The notes: generated by a model not told the origin, from the sequence alone. Numbered from the stretch's first letter, positions 41,777 through 53,300 are shown. The stretch is 64,000 bases of DNA from Rebecca billardiae RCC1528 (GCA_965240325.2 OZ251223.1:930001-994000), one strand, 5' to 3'. Numbers and translations are program-made.

Positions 41777-43360
41777 ATGGCGGCAGCTCTTGCGATCGCC
41801 GTGGCGCTCCTGCCTCCGCTCCTAGCGAGCGGCACCGCGTCGCCGCCCCCCAAGGTGGAGCACTTTGTCGTCCTGTTCATGGAGAACCGCCCATTCGACC
41901 ACATCTTCGGCTGCGCCACCGCCGAGCTCAAAGGCATCGACGGCCTGACTGGGCGCGAGTTCAATTGGCGGGACCCGAACGACCACTCCAAGGGCCGCGT
42001 GTACGCCACGTGCGGCGACGCGCCGTACGTGTGCGAGCACGACAATGACCACTCGTTTCCAGGCACCACCGTCGACATCTTCGGGCCCAACCGCACCGAC
42101 GGCGCGCACGCCCCGTACCCTCCGCCGACGATGGGCGGATTCGCAAACCGCTCGGGCGAGCAGACGATGCGCGCGTTCAAGCCCGAGCAGCTGCCGATCA
42201 AGCTCGCGCTCGCGCGCGAGTTCGCCGTGTTCGACCGCTTCCACGCGGCCGTGCCGGGCCCGTCCCAGCCCAACCACATGTTCGCGCAGTCCGCCACGGC
42301 GTGCGGCGTGACGGAGACCGGGACCGTGTTCACGGAGTGCGGCGGCCTGCTTCCGCTCTTCCCGCAGCGCACCATCTACGACGCGCTGCTGGAGGCGGGG
42401 CACGAGTTCAACGTGTTCATCAACGGCTCGCTCGACGAGGGCGTCCCCGGCGACGTCTTCCTCTGGGGCCTGCTGCGCCACCTGCCGCCGCGGCTGCACA
42501 CGTTCTCCTCGCCTCGGCATGGGCTGTTTGCGCGCGCGGCCGCGGGGACGCTCCCGGCGCTCTCGTGGGTGCTCCCGCGCGGCGGCGGCGACGCGCCGAA
42601 CGACGACCACCCGTGCCACGACGTCGCGCTCGGCGAGGCGCTGCTCAAGGCCGTGTACGAGGCGCTGCGTGCCGGGCCCAAGTGGGAGTCCACCGCGCTG
42701 CTGGTCGTGTACGACGATGCTGGCGGCTTCTTCGACCACGCGCCGACGCCGATGCGCGCGCCGCCGCCGCGCTCGCCGTGCGACATCGGCCCCGGCTGCC
42801 CGGACGCGTTTAGCTTCGACCGGCTGGGGCTCCGGCTCGCCGCGCTGCTCATCTCGCCGTTCGTGCCGCGCGGGCACGTCATCCACGACCCGCCCGGACC
42901 GCCGGGCACGCCGTTCAGGCCGGCGGCTGACTCCAAGTACGAGCTGTCGTCCATCCCCGCGACTCTCAAGCACCTGTTCGGACTGCCCCGCTTCCTCACC
43001 GAGCGCGACGCGTGGGCGGGCGCGTTCCACGGCGAGCTGGCGCTGGAGCGGCCGAGGCGGGACACGCCGGCGCGGCTGCCCGAGCCGCCGCAGCCAGCCG
43101 CGCCGCACGGCCGCCGACGGCACGGCTGCAGCCCGACCGGCGAGCTCACGCGCCGCCAGCGGCGGCAGATGCAGCTGTACGCGCGGCTGCTGGGAGAGCA
43201 GGCTCCGGGCTGGCTCTCGGGCGCCGGGAGTGACGAGAGCCGCGCTGACGCCGTGCTCGACCGGCACGAGGCTGCGGATAGGTGGCTCGGCTATGCGGCC
43301 CGCCGGCTGCTGACGCGCGTGCGCGACGGAGTTCTGCCCCGCCTGGCGGATGAGCTGTGA
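41777..43360 (+). CDS. Secreted phosphoesterase / non-specific phospholipase C (NPC/AcpA family)
   Basis: Signal peptide; FMENRPFDH, PGPSQPNH, DDHP, YDDAGGFFDH, FDRLGLR, YELSSIPATLK, LTERDAWAG. Confidence 0.9.
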   Translation: MAAALAIAVALLPPLLASGTASPPPKVEHFVVLFMENRPFDHIFGCATAELKGIDGLTGREFNWRDPNDHSKGRVYATCGDAPYVCEHDNDHSFPGTTVDIFGPNRTDGAHAPYPPPTMGGFANRSGEQTMRAFKPEQLPIKLALAREFAVFDRFHAAVPGPSQPNHMFAQSATACGVTETGTVFTECGGLLPLFPQRTIYDALLEAGHEFNVFINGSLDEGVPGDVFLWGLLRHLPPRLHTFSSPRHGLFARAAAGTLPALSWVLPRGGGDAPNDDHPCHDVALGEALLKAVYEALRAGPKWESTALLVVYDDAGGFFDHAPTPMRAPPPRSPCDIGPGCPDAFSFDRLGLRLAALLISPFVPRGHVIHDPPGPPGTPFRPAADSKYELSSIPATLKHLFGLPRFLTERDAWAGAFHGELALERPRRDTPARLPEPPQPAAPHGRRRHGCSPTGELTRRQRRQMQLYARLLGEQAPGWLSGAGSDESRADAVLDRHEAADRWLGYAARRLLTRVRDGVLPRLADEL

Positions 43361-43470
43361 CGCCTCCGAGAATGACGACGACTCAGCTTGAAGCTGGTGA
43401 CCGGACTCTGCCTCCCCCGCCCAGGGATTCTCCTGGGCCGTCGCCGTCTCATCATCTTCGTCGCTCGGCG

Positions 43471-44589
43471 ATGGCCGACCAGGAGCCCACGCCCACCACC
43501 AGGGTCGTCGTGGCATTGGACTGGACGCCCAATGGCAACCATCTCGGCTTCTACGTCGCGAAGGACGCGGGGCTGTACGCAGCTGCGGGACTGGACGTCC
43601 GCCTGCTCAGCCCGCACGACCCCGACTACGGCGGCTCGTACGTGCCCGCTCCGGCGGCGGATGGCGCGACGTCGGGGGGCGCGCCGGCGTACGTGACGCC
43701 ATGCAGCAAGGTGGCGGCCGGGGAGGCGCACTTTGCGATCAACTCGCCAGAGGGCGTGGTCGGCTGGAACACCGCCCCCGACCGGCCGCAGCTCAAGGCC
43801 GTCGCCGCGCTGCTCCACGACTGCAACACGTCAGCGATCGTGACCCTCAGCTCCTCTGGTCGCAGCCGGCCGCGCGAGCTCGACGGCTGCCGCTACGCGT
43901 CGTACGCCGCGCGCTTCGAGGGGAGGATCGTACAGAAGCTCATCCAGAACGACGGCGGCAAGGGCGACTTCGTCGAGGACACGCCGCCCATGCTCGGCAT
44001 CTGGAACACGCTGCTCGAGGGCAAGGCGGAGGCCACCTGGGTGTTCCTGCAGTGGGAGGGGGTCGAGGCGCAGCTCAAGGGCGTCGAGCTCAACGCCTTC
44101 CGGCTGCGCGACCATGGCGTGCCGTACGCGTACGCGCCGTGCCTCTGCGCCGACCCGGCCTGGCTCGCCGCCAACGCCGAGACGGCGCGCCGCTTCCTCG
44201 CCGCAACGGCCGAGGGCTACCGCCGCGCGGCGGCGGAACCGCGGCCCGCCGCCGACACGCTCGTGCGCGTTGCGGCCGTCGAGAACGCCGGCTTCGCGGT
44301 GGACCCTGCGTTGGCGGTCGCGAGCGCCGAGTACCTCGCCGGCGCGTTCCTCGACCCGGCCACCGGCCGCTGGGGCGCGATGGACGAGCGCGTGTGGAGC
44401 GAGTACCTGCAGTGGCTCTGGGACGCGGGGCTGCTCACGACCGGCATGCAGAGCCGCCACCCGGACGGCGGCCGCACGTTCTCGCTCGACGAGCTGCGCG
44501 CGGGCAAGGCGGGGCAGCGGATCCCTCTCGAGACAGTGCCGAAGGTCTTCACCAATGACTACCTCCCGCCCGCCGAGAGCGTGGGCTGA
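43471..44589 (+). CDS. NMT1/THI5-like (ThiY/SsuA fold) protein, probably thiamine-pyrimidine related
   Basis: LDWTPNGNHLGFYVA, RYASYAARFEGRIV, ATWVFLQWEGVEA, FTNDYL; intronless; no signal peptide. Confidence 0.8.
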   Translation: MADQEPTPTTRVVVALDWTPNGNHLGFYVAKDAGLYAAAGLDVRLLSPHDPDYGGSYVPAPAADGATSGGAPAYVTPCSKVAAGEAHFAINSPEGVVGWNTAPDRPQLKAVAALLHDCNTSAIVTLSSSGRSRPRELDGCRYASYAARFEGRIVQKLIQNDGGKGDFVEDTPPMLGIWNTLLEGKAEATWVFLQWEGVEAQLKGVELNAFRLRDHGVPYAYAPCLCADPAWLAANAETARRFLAATAEGYRRAAAEPRPAADTLVRVAAVENAGFAVDPALAVASAEYLAGAFLDPATGRWGAMDERVWSEYLQWLWDAGLLTTGMQSRHPDGGRTFSLDELRAGKAGQRIPLETVPKVFTNDYLPPAESVG

Positions 44590-45148
44590 CGAGACCCTTT
44601 CTGATCCAAGTCCAACCCTGGAAGCTAACTCAATGCTAACTGGACAGATCGACGTACGACATTAATATTTGCTACATACTGTACAGTGCGTTGCGGAACC
44701 GCCGCGCAGGCAGCAATAATACTTCGTCGCCAAACCAAACAGGGCAGAGGGCTGACGCACTACCCGCGGTCGGTGAGTGCTGGAATAAATAGACTTTCAG
44801 ATCATCATCATTGATCAGATGGGCCGTAGTGCCAATATGTACTAATAGTAATACTACAGCAGAATAGACGAGAGAAAGCCTCCGCAGGGACCCCCGGGCC
44901 CGGGATTGCGGAGCCGAGAGAGCTCGTCTGCTCGTCCGTAGCTAGTCAGCTAGACGCGAGACGTCTGTGAGTCAGACGACAGAGACTCTCACTCTGTCTC
45001 ACTCAGCTACGGCCAGCTAGCAGGTCTACTGAGAGACAGTCTTATTCGTCACTCAATCGTCCGACTCATAGTAGTCATATAATCAGTCATCGGACGGACA
45101 TCAGGACTAGCAGCTTAGAGAGACGACTATACTGATGTACTGACGAGT

Positions 45149-45204
45149 GAGACGGACGAGAGAGAGAGCTGAGAGAGCTGACACTGAGCCAGAGAGAGAG
45201 AGAG

Positions 45205-45270
<66 letters not shown>
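45149..45270. repeat. (GA)n microsatellite
   Basis: Pure GA run ~45208-45270 with a degenerate 5' flank. Confidence 0.9.
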
Positions 45271-45274
<4 letters not shown>

Positions 45275-45314
45275 TGCATCGCGGGCCGTCGGCAACATTA
45301 CAGTATCATCAGTC

Positions 45315-46913
45315 TCAGCACTCTTCAACGGACTGGCGGAAGTCAGCATCACGACTCATCATTACTGATGCTGCCGCGGCGCGCCACTCCGTGCAGTGTG
45401 GCTTGTGCATTCTCCACGCGCTGCGCAGGTGCTCGCGGCAGCAGAAGACCGCCACGAGGCACCGCTCGCACTTCTTCACGCCACGGCCCGACTTGGCGCA
45501 CACCATGCAGCACGCAGCGACCACCTCGCGATCTCCGGCAAAGTCGCCGAGCACCTCGCTCGGATCCACCACGGAGCCGTCAAGCTCGTGCCCGCGGCGC
45601 AGCAGCCGCACTCCCTCCGCCACGTCGCGCTGCACGGCCCCGCCTGCAAGCAGCAGGTGCGCCAGTGCCGAGTGGGCCTCTGGCTGGTCGCCGTCGATGG
45701 CCAGCCGGTACCAGCGCACCGCCTCAGCCATATCCTGCGGCACGCCCTCGCCTCGTGCGTAGCACCAGCCCAGCTTGTTCTGCGCAGCTGCGCCGCCCTG
45801 TTCGGCCGCCAGCCGGTACCAGCGCACCGCCTCGGCCCAGTCCTGCGGCACACCCTTGCCGTGTACGTAGCACTCGCCCAGGACGTACTGCGCAGCGGCC
45901 TCGCCCTGCTCGGCCGCCAGCCGGTACCAGCGCACCGCCTCAACCCATTCCTGCGGCACGCCCTCGCCTCGTTCGTAGCACATGCCCAGGTTGTGCTGCG
46001 CACTTGAATCGCCCTGCTCGGCCGCTAGCCGGTACAGGCGCACCGCCTCGGCCCAGCCCTGCGGCATGCCCTCGCCTTGTTCGTAGCACACGCCCAGGCT
46101 GGTCTGCGCAGATGCGTGGCCCTGCTCTGCCGCCAGTCGGTACCAGCGCACCGCCTCTGCCTTATCCTGCGGCACGCCCTCGCCTTGCTGGTAGCACACG
46201 CCCAGGTTGTACTGCGCAGTTGAATCGCCCTGCTCGGCCGCCAGCCGGTACAGGCGTATGGCCTCGGTCCAGTCCTGCGGCACGCCCTCGCCTCGTTTGT
46301 AGAGGACGCCCAGGTCGCACTGCGCATCTGCACCGTCCTGCTCGGCCGCCAGCCGGTACCAACGCACAGCCTCGGCCATATCCTGCGGCACGCCCTCGCC
46401 TTGATGGTAGCACCTGCCCAGGTTGCACTGAGCATGTGCATCACCCTGCTCTGCCGCCAGCCGGTACAAGCGCACAGCCTCGGCCCAGTCCTGCGGCACG
46501 CCCATGCCATGTCTGTAGAGCAAGCCCAGGCGGTTCTGCGCACCTGCATCACCCTGATCGGCCGCCAGCCGGTACCAGCGCACCGCCTCTGCCCAGTCCT
46601 GCGGCACGCCATTGCCTCCTGCGAACAGTGTGCCCATCTGGGCCTGAGCAATCGAATCGCCCTGCTCCGCCGCCAGCCGGTACCAGCGCGCAGCCTCGGC
46701 CCAATTCTGCGTGGCCTTGCAGATCTCGCCCAACCGTTGCTGCGCTTGCGCAAACCCACGATTCGCTGCGATGACATAGAGGCGATGTGCCTCGTCGACG
46801 TCCCGCCTGACACCGTCGCCCGATTCGGTGCGCCTCGCCAGCAGGAAGGTCGCACGTGCGTCGCCTCGCCCCGCCACGCGCCGGAGCATACGGACGCCGG
46901 CATCGCTCGCCAT
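45315..46913 (-). CDS. SEL1-like repeat protein with MYND finger, dispersed copy C (9 canonical repeats)
   Basis: N- and C-terminal caps and MYND finger nearly identical to copies A and B; different repeat variants; different flanks. Confidence 0.93.
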   Translation of the reverse strand: MASDAGVRMLRRVAGRGDARATFLLARRTESGDGVRRDVDEAHRLYVIAANRGFAQAQQRLGEICKATQNWAEAARWYRLAAEQGDSIAQAQMGTLFAGGNGVPQDWAEAVRWYRLAADQGDAGAQNRLGLLYRHGMGVPQDWAEAVRLYRLAAEQGDAHAQCNLGRCYHQGEGVPQDMAEAVRWYRLAAEQDGADAQCDLGVLYKRGEGVPQDWTEAIRLYRLAAEQGDSTAQYNLGVCYQQGEGVPQDKAEAVRWYRLAAEQGHASAQTSLGVCYEQGEGMPQGWAEAVRLYRLAAEQGDSSAQHNLGMCYERGEGVPQEWVEAVRWYRLAAEQGEAAAQYVLGECYVHGKGVPQDWAEAVRWYRLAAEQGGAAAQNKLGWCYARGEGVPQDMAEAVRWYRLAIDGDQPEAHSALAHLLLAGGAVQRDVAEGVRLLRRGHELDGSVVDPSEVLGDFAGDREVVAACCMVCAKSGRGVKKCERCLVAVFCCREHLRSAWRMHKPHCTEWRAAAASVMMSRDADFRQSVEEC

Positions 46914-47038
46914 CCTTGAGTGCTACTACCGTACAGCTGTATACAGTTGACTAAGAATACAATCAGAGACTCCCCTACCCCCATACTTGATTCCTTTGAA
47001 GAGACGCGCACAGCTTAGCACCCTGACCGTCAGGCCGC

Positions 47039-48088
47039 ATGGCGGCGAGCTGGCAAACAGTGGCCGGTGGCCTTGGCGGGCTGGCAGCCCGCTACGGGCC
47101 TGAGCACGGCGTGTCGGCCAAGCGCTCGCGCGATGAAGCCGCGCTCGAAGCCGACGGCGAGTTCACTCTGCCCATCCACCACGTCGTCGAGCAATCAGCC
47201 AACCTGCCTACCGAACGCGCGAGCGTCGATGTGCCGCTCGATGCGAGCTGTCGCGGCTTTGGCCTGCTGCAGCGAATGGGCTGGGTGCAGGGGCGCGGGC
47301 TCGGTCGGCATGGTACGGGGATCGTCGAGCCCGTCCGCCTCGCGCAGCAGGAGGCAACTCTGGGCCTGGGCAAGGCGCGCGAGTACGAGGCCGTCGCAGA
47401 AGACGCAACGGCCGAGCGCCGCGCGACAACGGCGGAGCTCATAGCACGCGAGGCGGACGACGCCGAAGCGCAGCGGAGGCGCGAGGCGAAGGTACATGAG
47501 ACAGATCGGATCCAGTCCGCGCTGCACGCGGCGACGCGCGAGTTCTACTGCGACGTGTGCCACAAGCAGTACAAGCTCGTGACCGAGTTCGATGCGCACT
47601 TATCCAGCTACGACCATCACCACAAGAAGCGTTTTGCAGAGATGCGCGCGGCCGAGGCGCAGCGCAAGCGGCAGGAGCGCGAGGCGAAGGAGGCGAGACG
47701 AGCGCTCAAGGCGGAGCGCGCGCGGGGGGGCGCGGCACCCCCGCCGGCGGGCATGGGGGCCGCACTGCTCCCGCCCACCGCGCCGCCGCCCGGCGCAGGC
47801 GAACAAGCGGCGGAGAGGGCAGCCGGCTGGGTCGCGCCATCAGCGCCGCCATTGCAGCTGTCAGCAGGCCCCAGCGGCGGCGCGCACGCACCGCCGTCCG
47901 TGCTCACGCCGGAGCTGGACTCATCCTCGCCGCACGCGCACGCAGCGGGCGCGGATGCCTGTGCTCCTGCCGAGCAGCAGCCAGCGGCTCTGCCTGCCTC
48001 GACCGCGCCTGTCAAGTTCTCAATGGGAGGCGGCGCCAAGCGGGCTGGCGGGCGTGGCGGGCCGCGCTTGGGGCTCGGCAAGGGCTGA
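47039..48088 (+). CDS. G-patch plus C2H2 zinc-finger protein (GPATCH8/ZNF804-like)
   Basis: GFGLLQRMGWVQGRGLGRHGTGIVEPV...LGLG; FYCDVCHKQYK...FDAHLSSYDHHHKKR. Confidence 0.88.
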   Translation: MAASWQTVAGGLGGLAARYGPEHGVSAKRSRDEAALEADGEFTLPIHHVVEQSANLPTERASVDVPLDASCRGFGLLQRMGWVQGRGLGRHGTGIVEPVRLAQQEATLGLGKAREYEAVAEDATAERRATTAELIAREADDAEAQRRREAKVHETDRIQSALHAATREFYCDVCHKQYKLVTEFDAHLSSYDHHHKKRFAEMRAAEAQRKRQEREAKEARRALKAERARGGAAPPPAGMGAALLPPTAPPPGAGEQAAERAAGWVAPSAPPLQLSAGPSGGAHAPPSVLTPELDSSSPHAHAAGADACAPAEQQPAALPASTAPVKFSMGGGAKRAGGRGGPRLGLGKG

Positions 48089-48384
48089 TCGACGTTTCTC
48101 CTGCCGCTGGTGGTGCTACGCGGCTACGCCTACGTGCTGTGAGTGATAATTGTCTCACGCGCACGCGCTCGGACGATCGACTGATGATGACATGCAATAA
48201 CTGCGCCGTAGTGCAGACTGCAGTGCCGCCAGTCGTGGCGCGCGTTGCGGGTCGTCACTACACTCATCATACAGCCTCGGTCCCACCGACGAGTATTATA
48301 CTTCTCCGTCTTCGAGTATCTAACTACAGTAGTAGCAGCAGCTATAGTGCGTAACTACGCTGCTCGTAGTATATATATATATAT

Positions 48385-50128
48385 GTCTAGCCGTCCTCGT
48401 GAACGCCGACGCCAACTGCTGGCCGAAGGTGGGCACGCCGCCTGGCATGTCGATGCCGAGGCGGCTGCGTGTGTTCCTACTCAGTGGGATTTACGTGTCC
48501 TCATGCCTTGGCGAGCGGCAGCAGATGCGGTGGGCATGCCGCTCGCCGTCGACGAGACGCGGTGCGTGAGTGATCCCGCGCGGACGTCCGCTGACGGAAG
48601 GCTGAGCGCCTGCGGACTCGTCGACTGAACCTCCACCTGACCGCCCGGGAGCAGCACTGCTGGGGACCTAACCTGAAAAACCCAATCGTGTTGGGAGGCA
48701 GGGGGTCACATGAGCCCTAAGTGCAGCGCCGCAAGACCGGGCGGTCGGACGGCGGGTGTTGTGATCCCGCCGCCCGAGCACCAGACCAACGGGCCCTGGG
48801 TGGGCGGGTTGCCGAAAGATGTTGGTCGGTGCACGCGACGCGCCACCCGCGTGCGAGCCGCCGCCGCCGGCGACGCAGGACGAGCTTGGCTGGAGCCATC
48901 TCGCACGCCGCGCCTGGCGAAGCAGGCGGCAGAGGCCGGCGCCGGAAATCGATCTCCTGGGCGGCAGAACAACCCGGACAGACTGTTTGTCCGGGAGCAG
49001 CGCCCTTTGAGGCGATGGTCTGGTAGAGGGCGATGTGGCTGATGAGCGGCGCTGGCGCCCGGCGTTCTTGTCGTCCTCTTAGACAATCAGTTATTGTACC
49101 AATAACCCCACGTCTAGCCGTCCTCGTGAACGCCGACGCCAACTGCTGGCCGAAGGTGGGCACGCCGCCTGGCATGTCGATGCCGAGGCGGCTGCGTGTG
49201 TTCCTACTCAGTGGGATTTACGTGTCCTCATGCCTTGGCGAGCGGCAGCAGATGCGGTGGGCATGCCGCTCGCCGTCGACGAGACGCGGTGCGTGAGTGA
49301 TCCCGTTTCATGGTGTGTTGGGGAGCACCGCGTGGAGGAGAATCCCATTGAGTGATGGGAAGGAAAGGGGGCAAGGCACGTGTGAGTCGCGCACGCACGA
49401 GGGCCGGCCAGCGGGGGCTGGGCAGGTGGGGCAGTGCGAGTGAGACGGAACCCGAATAGGAGAGATAGCAGGCAGCCGGCCCCGAGGCGCGGCGCTGCGG
49501 AAGCAGGAGAAGGCTAGACGGCCTTTGCGGATGCTGTGAATGGCCCGCGGGTGCGCACGGGGCCCGGCGCGCGGTGTGCCGCCAGCGGTCCTTGTGTAGG
49601 AGCCGGCTGGCGTTGGCACCGGGGCGATCCCGAGGCAGGGCGGGAGAGATGGAGCAGCGATCCGCGTGGGGGCGCACCCACGGAGGAGGAGGCATGTGGC
49701 GAAGAGGGAACGGTGCGATCGGGGCGGGTGCGGAAGAGCCACAGGGTGCGCACGCACACAGAGAGAGAAGAGGCGGTGGCCCGAAGCGCGAGGGGGCGCG
49801 ATGCGGAGCGTTGCTTACCGCCGAGTTGCCGAAAGATGTTGGTCGGTGCACGCGACGCGCCACCCGCGTGCGAGCCGCCGCCGCCGGCGACGCAGGACGA
49901 GCTTGGCTGGAGCCATCTCGCACGCCGCGCCTGGCGAAGCAGGCGGCAGAGGCCGGCGCCGGAAATCGATCTCCTGGGCGGCAGAACAACCCGGACAGAC
50001 TGTTTGTCCGGGAGCAGCGCCCTTTGAGGCGATGGTCTGGTAGAGGGCGATGTGGCTGATGAGCGGCGCTGGCGCCCGGCGTTCTTGTCGTCCTCTTAGA
50101 CAATCAGTTATTGTACCAATAACCCCAC
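48385..50128. mobile_element. 1,744-bp non-coding element with split direct repeats A-X-B-A-Y-B, inserted in (TA)n
   Basis: A1 48385-48578 = A2 49112-49305 (194 bp); B1 48808-49111 = B2 49825-50128 (304 bp); unrelated X (229 bp) and Y (519 bp); internal junction CCCCAC|GTCTAG joins the right end to the left end. Confidence 0.8.
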
Positions 50129-50367
50129 ATATATCGATATAGTATGATAGTTCCGCGCGCGACAGGCGGCTTACACTTCAGCTTCTGCGACTGCAGCGCA
50201 GCATCATCAGCTACAGTATATATAGACTATAGAGTGATGGCTGCTATGGCATCGCAGATACGACATGATCGCGATCTGCTGCTGCAACGCTGCGCATCAT
50301 GCGTCACTGCTCATGCTGCATGGTCGTCGACGTCGTACGCGCAGGCGGCGCAGCAAGCGTCGCGCCA

Positions 50368-53300
50368 TCATGCCGCGTCATCAGCGACAAGGATCTCGTC
50401 GTCCTGCGTGTGCCGATGATGAAAGTCGCTCATGCCGTGACCGCGAACATGATGACGAAGGTGGCTGGGGGTGCACTTGCGCTGCACGCGAACAAACGCA
50501 ATGCCGTAGCCCAGCGCTGCGCCAACGACCAGACCGACAACAGCACTGGTGATCATCGCGCCCATGTCGGCGGTCTTGCTCGAGGACGCCTTGAGAGCAG
50601 ACGATTCGAGCGAGGCAACGCACGGGCTTGGCGAGGGCGAGGGCGAGGGCGAGGGTGAGGGCGAGGGCGAGGGCGACGGGCTTGGCGACGGGCTTGGTGA
50701 TGGCGATGGCAACGGGCTGGGTGACGGCCCGGGCGAGCCCGCGCCGAACCCCTCGTTCGCCGCCGCGAGCAGCACGCCGTTCTTGTCGTCGCTCGCCTCC
50801 CACCACATCAGCCCGCCCAGGTTGTGCGCGCGCGCGTAGCTGCCCTTGGCGCGCACGGCTTCGGCGTCGTCGTACGAGATGAAGGTGGAGCCGCCCGAGA
50901 GGTACGGCACGCCCGCGGGGTCGGACCACACGCGCGTGTACGTCCCCGACGCCGCGCTGCCGTGGGGTGGCGGCACAAAGTTCGCCTCGAGGTCCCAGTA
51001 CGAGCGCACTCCGGCCTCCCACGTGCCCGCGGCCGCGCCCGTGCCCTGTCCGTACTCGCTCGGGCTCGGCTCGGTGGTGCTCCACGCGCGCCCGTACGCG
51101 GGCAGGCCGAGCACGAGCTTGGACGAGGGCACGTCGCCAAGCCAGAGCTGCACGCCCCAGTCGATGTTGTACCGCTCGTCGCCGCCCGCCGCCACGTACT
51201 CCGGGTCGTTGTACAGCGGCGCGTTGTGCGCGAGGAGCGGCGCCCAGCTGCCGTGATAGTCGTAAGTCATGAGATAGACAGCGTCGAGCACCTCACCAAG
51301 CTGGGCGCGCGGCGCGGCCCCCGAGACGTTCGGATTCATCCCCATCGCGATCGTGAGCTCCTTGTGCACGCCCGGCCAGCGCGCGTCCATCGCCGCGCGC
51401 AGCTCGGTGAGCAGCGAGAGGTAGTTCACCCAGTCGTCCGGCCGCTCGCCGTTGCCGTCCTCGCCGCAGCACACCGGGTACTCCCTGCGGGAACGAGACG
51501 CGGCGCGCGCCGGGGGAGGACACGCGAGCGTGGTGAGCCGCGCGCGCCCCGCGCACTCGCGCCCGCGCGCACGCCTCGAACATGCCGCGCGCGCACCAGT
51601 CCACGTCGATGCCGTCCATGCCCGTGCGCTCGAGCATGGCGACCGCCGAGCTCACGAGTCCGGCGCGGCCGCTCGGGTCGGCGGCGCATGCAGAGAAGTG
51701 ATCAGATTTGGTCCAGCCGCCGAGCGAGAGCGAGACGTGCAGGTGCGGGTGCTGCCGCTTGAGGATCTGGAAGGCGCCCATGTTGCCGTGCATCGTCCCC
51801 GGCGGGTCGTTCCAGCTCATGCCGAGCTCGGGGTACACGATCTCAAAGTCGGCCCACGCGTCCAGCGTGCTCACGTCGCACGCCGACGTCACGTCGAAGA
51901 AGGCGTACAGGACCTGAGCGCACGCGGAGAGTCGGAGAGAGGGCGGGGCCGTGCGCAGATCGCGTGGCGCGTGCAGTCGTCAGCGGCGGACCCGCGTTGG
52001 GCCGCGCGCGCGGCGGCGTGGCGCGTGCGCGCACGTGCGTGATTGACTCGAACTGCATGTGCCACGGCTTGAAGCCGCGCCCGTAGATGCCCCACTGCGT
52101 GAAGTACTGCACCACGCGCGAGCCGGTGGGAGCCGGGCCGGGCGAGGGCGAAGGGGACGGCGACGGGCTGGGCGAGGGTGAGGGCGAGGGCGATGGCGAG
52201 GGCGAAGGCGATGGCGATGGCGAGGGCGATGGCGAGGGCGAGGGCGAGGGCGAGGGCGAGGGCGAGGGCGAGGGCGAGGGCGAGGGCGAGGGCGAGGGCG
52301 AGGGCGACGGTGATGGCGATGGGCTCGGCAAAGGCGAGGGGGACGGTGACGGCGACGCTGCACCTGCGCAGGTCACGGTAGGCGCCTGTGAAGTGCCCTG
52401 CGCTGAGAAGCCAACGTGGCCCGCTGCCCATCCAGACACGAGGACAACATGGTACTTCTGCCCGCTGCTCTGGGAAAGCTGCAGTAGGATTGACGCGGGG
52501 GCAGGGCGGGGCGGGAGGGGGCGTTTGCGTGTCAGCATGTCACGCGCGTACGTAGGGCGCGGCCGAGGAAGCTCGACGCGAGCTCACCTCTCCGTTCCAA
52601 AAGTTGCTCACCACCACATCTGTGGCCGAGTAGTCGACGACAATCTCGAGGCCGCCCACCCACGGGCTGATGTCGATCCTGCCGCCAAAGCCTCCGGACC
52701 AGCTGCTCGTCTGCACAAAGTTGAAGGCAGGGCAGTCGGGGCTCGGCGAGGGGCTCGGCGAGGGGCTCGGCGAGGGGCTCGGCGACGGGCTTGGCGACGG
52801 GCCCGGCGACGGGCTGGGTGACGGGCTGCTTCCATCGAAATCGTCGTACAGCGAGCGCACGGCCTGGCTCACCTGCGGCGCCGACGCGACGTCGGCCGAG
52901 GCCGCCCAGAAGAAGGTGCCGCCGTGCGCTGGCTCGAGCTCGAGCAGCGTGGACACGGCCGCCGACGCCTCCGCGGCGTCCGAGTTGGAGCCCGTCCCGG
53001 AGCAGTCGGAGATGCACATGCCGACGTGCACCATGGACGCATCTCCACCGAACACGTGGTCGCGCAGCGCGCGCAGGTTGGGAAGTGGGTCCTGCGAGCT
53101 TCCGTCGCCCGTGTTGCGCACGCGGTACGGCCCGTTGTAGTACTGGACGAGCACCTTGTCGATCGCCGGCGGCGTCTGCGAGGCGAGGTCCTGCAGGCAG
53201 CGGAAGTAGGTGTCGCCCTCGTCGACCGTGCCGTCCATGGGCGCGTGCGCGACGAGCTTGTCCGGCATCGCCGCCTTGAGGCCGGTCGAGAGCTCGGCGA

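Noticed and set aside
44590-44900. Possible TPP riboswitch downstream of the THI5-like gene
   Set aside because: The conserved CUGAGA and ACCUGA...AAU...CG.AGG elements were not found in the flanks.
48384-50129. TG...CA ends suggesting classical LTRs or solo LTRs
   Set aside because: The internal junction reads CCCCAC|GTCTAG, so the outer T and A belong to the TA target; there is no PBS/PPT or 4-6-bp TSD, and the repeat order is A-X-BA-Y-B rather than LTR-internal-LTR.
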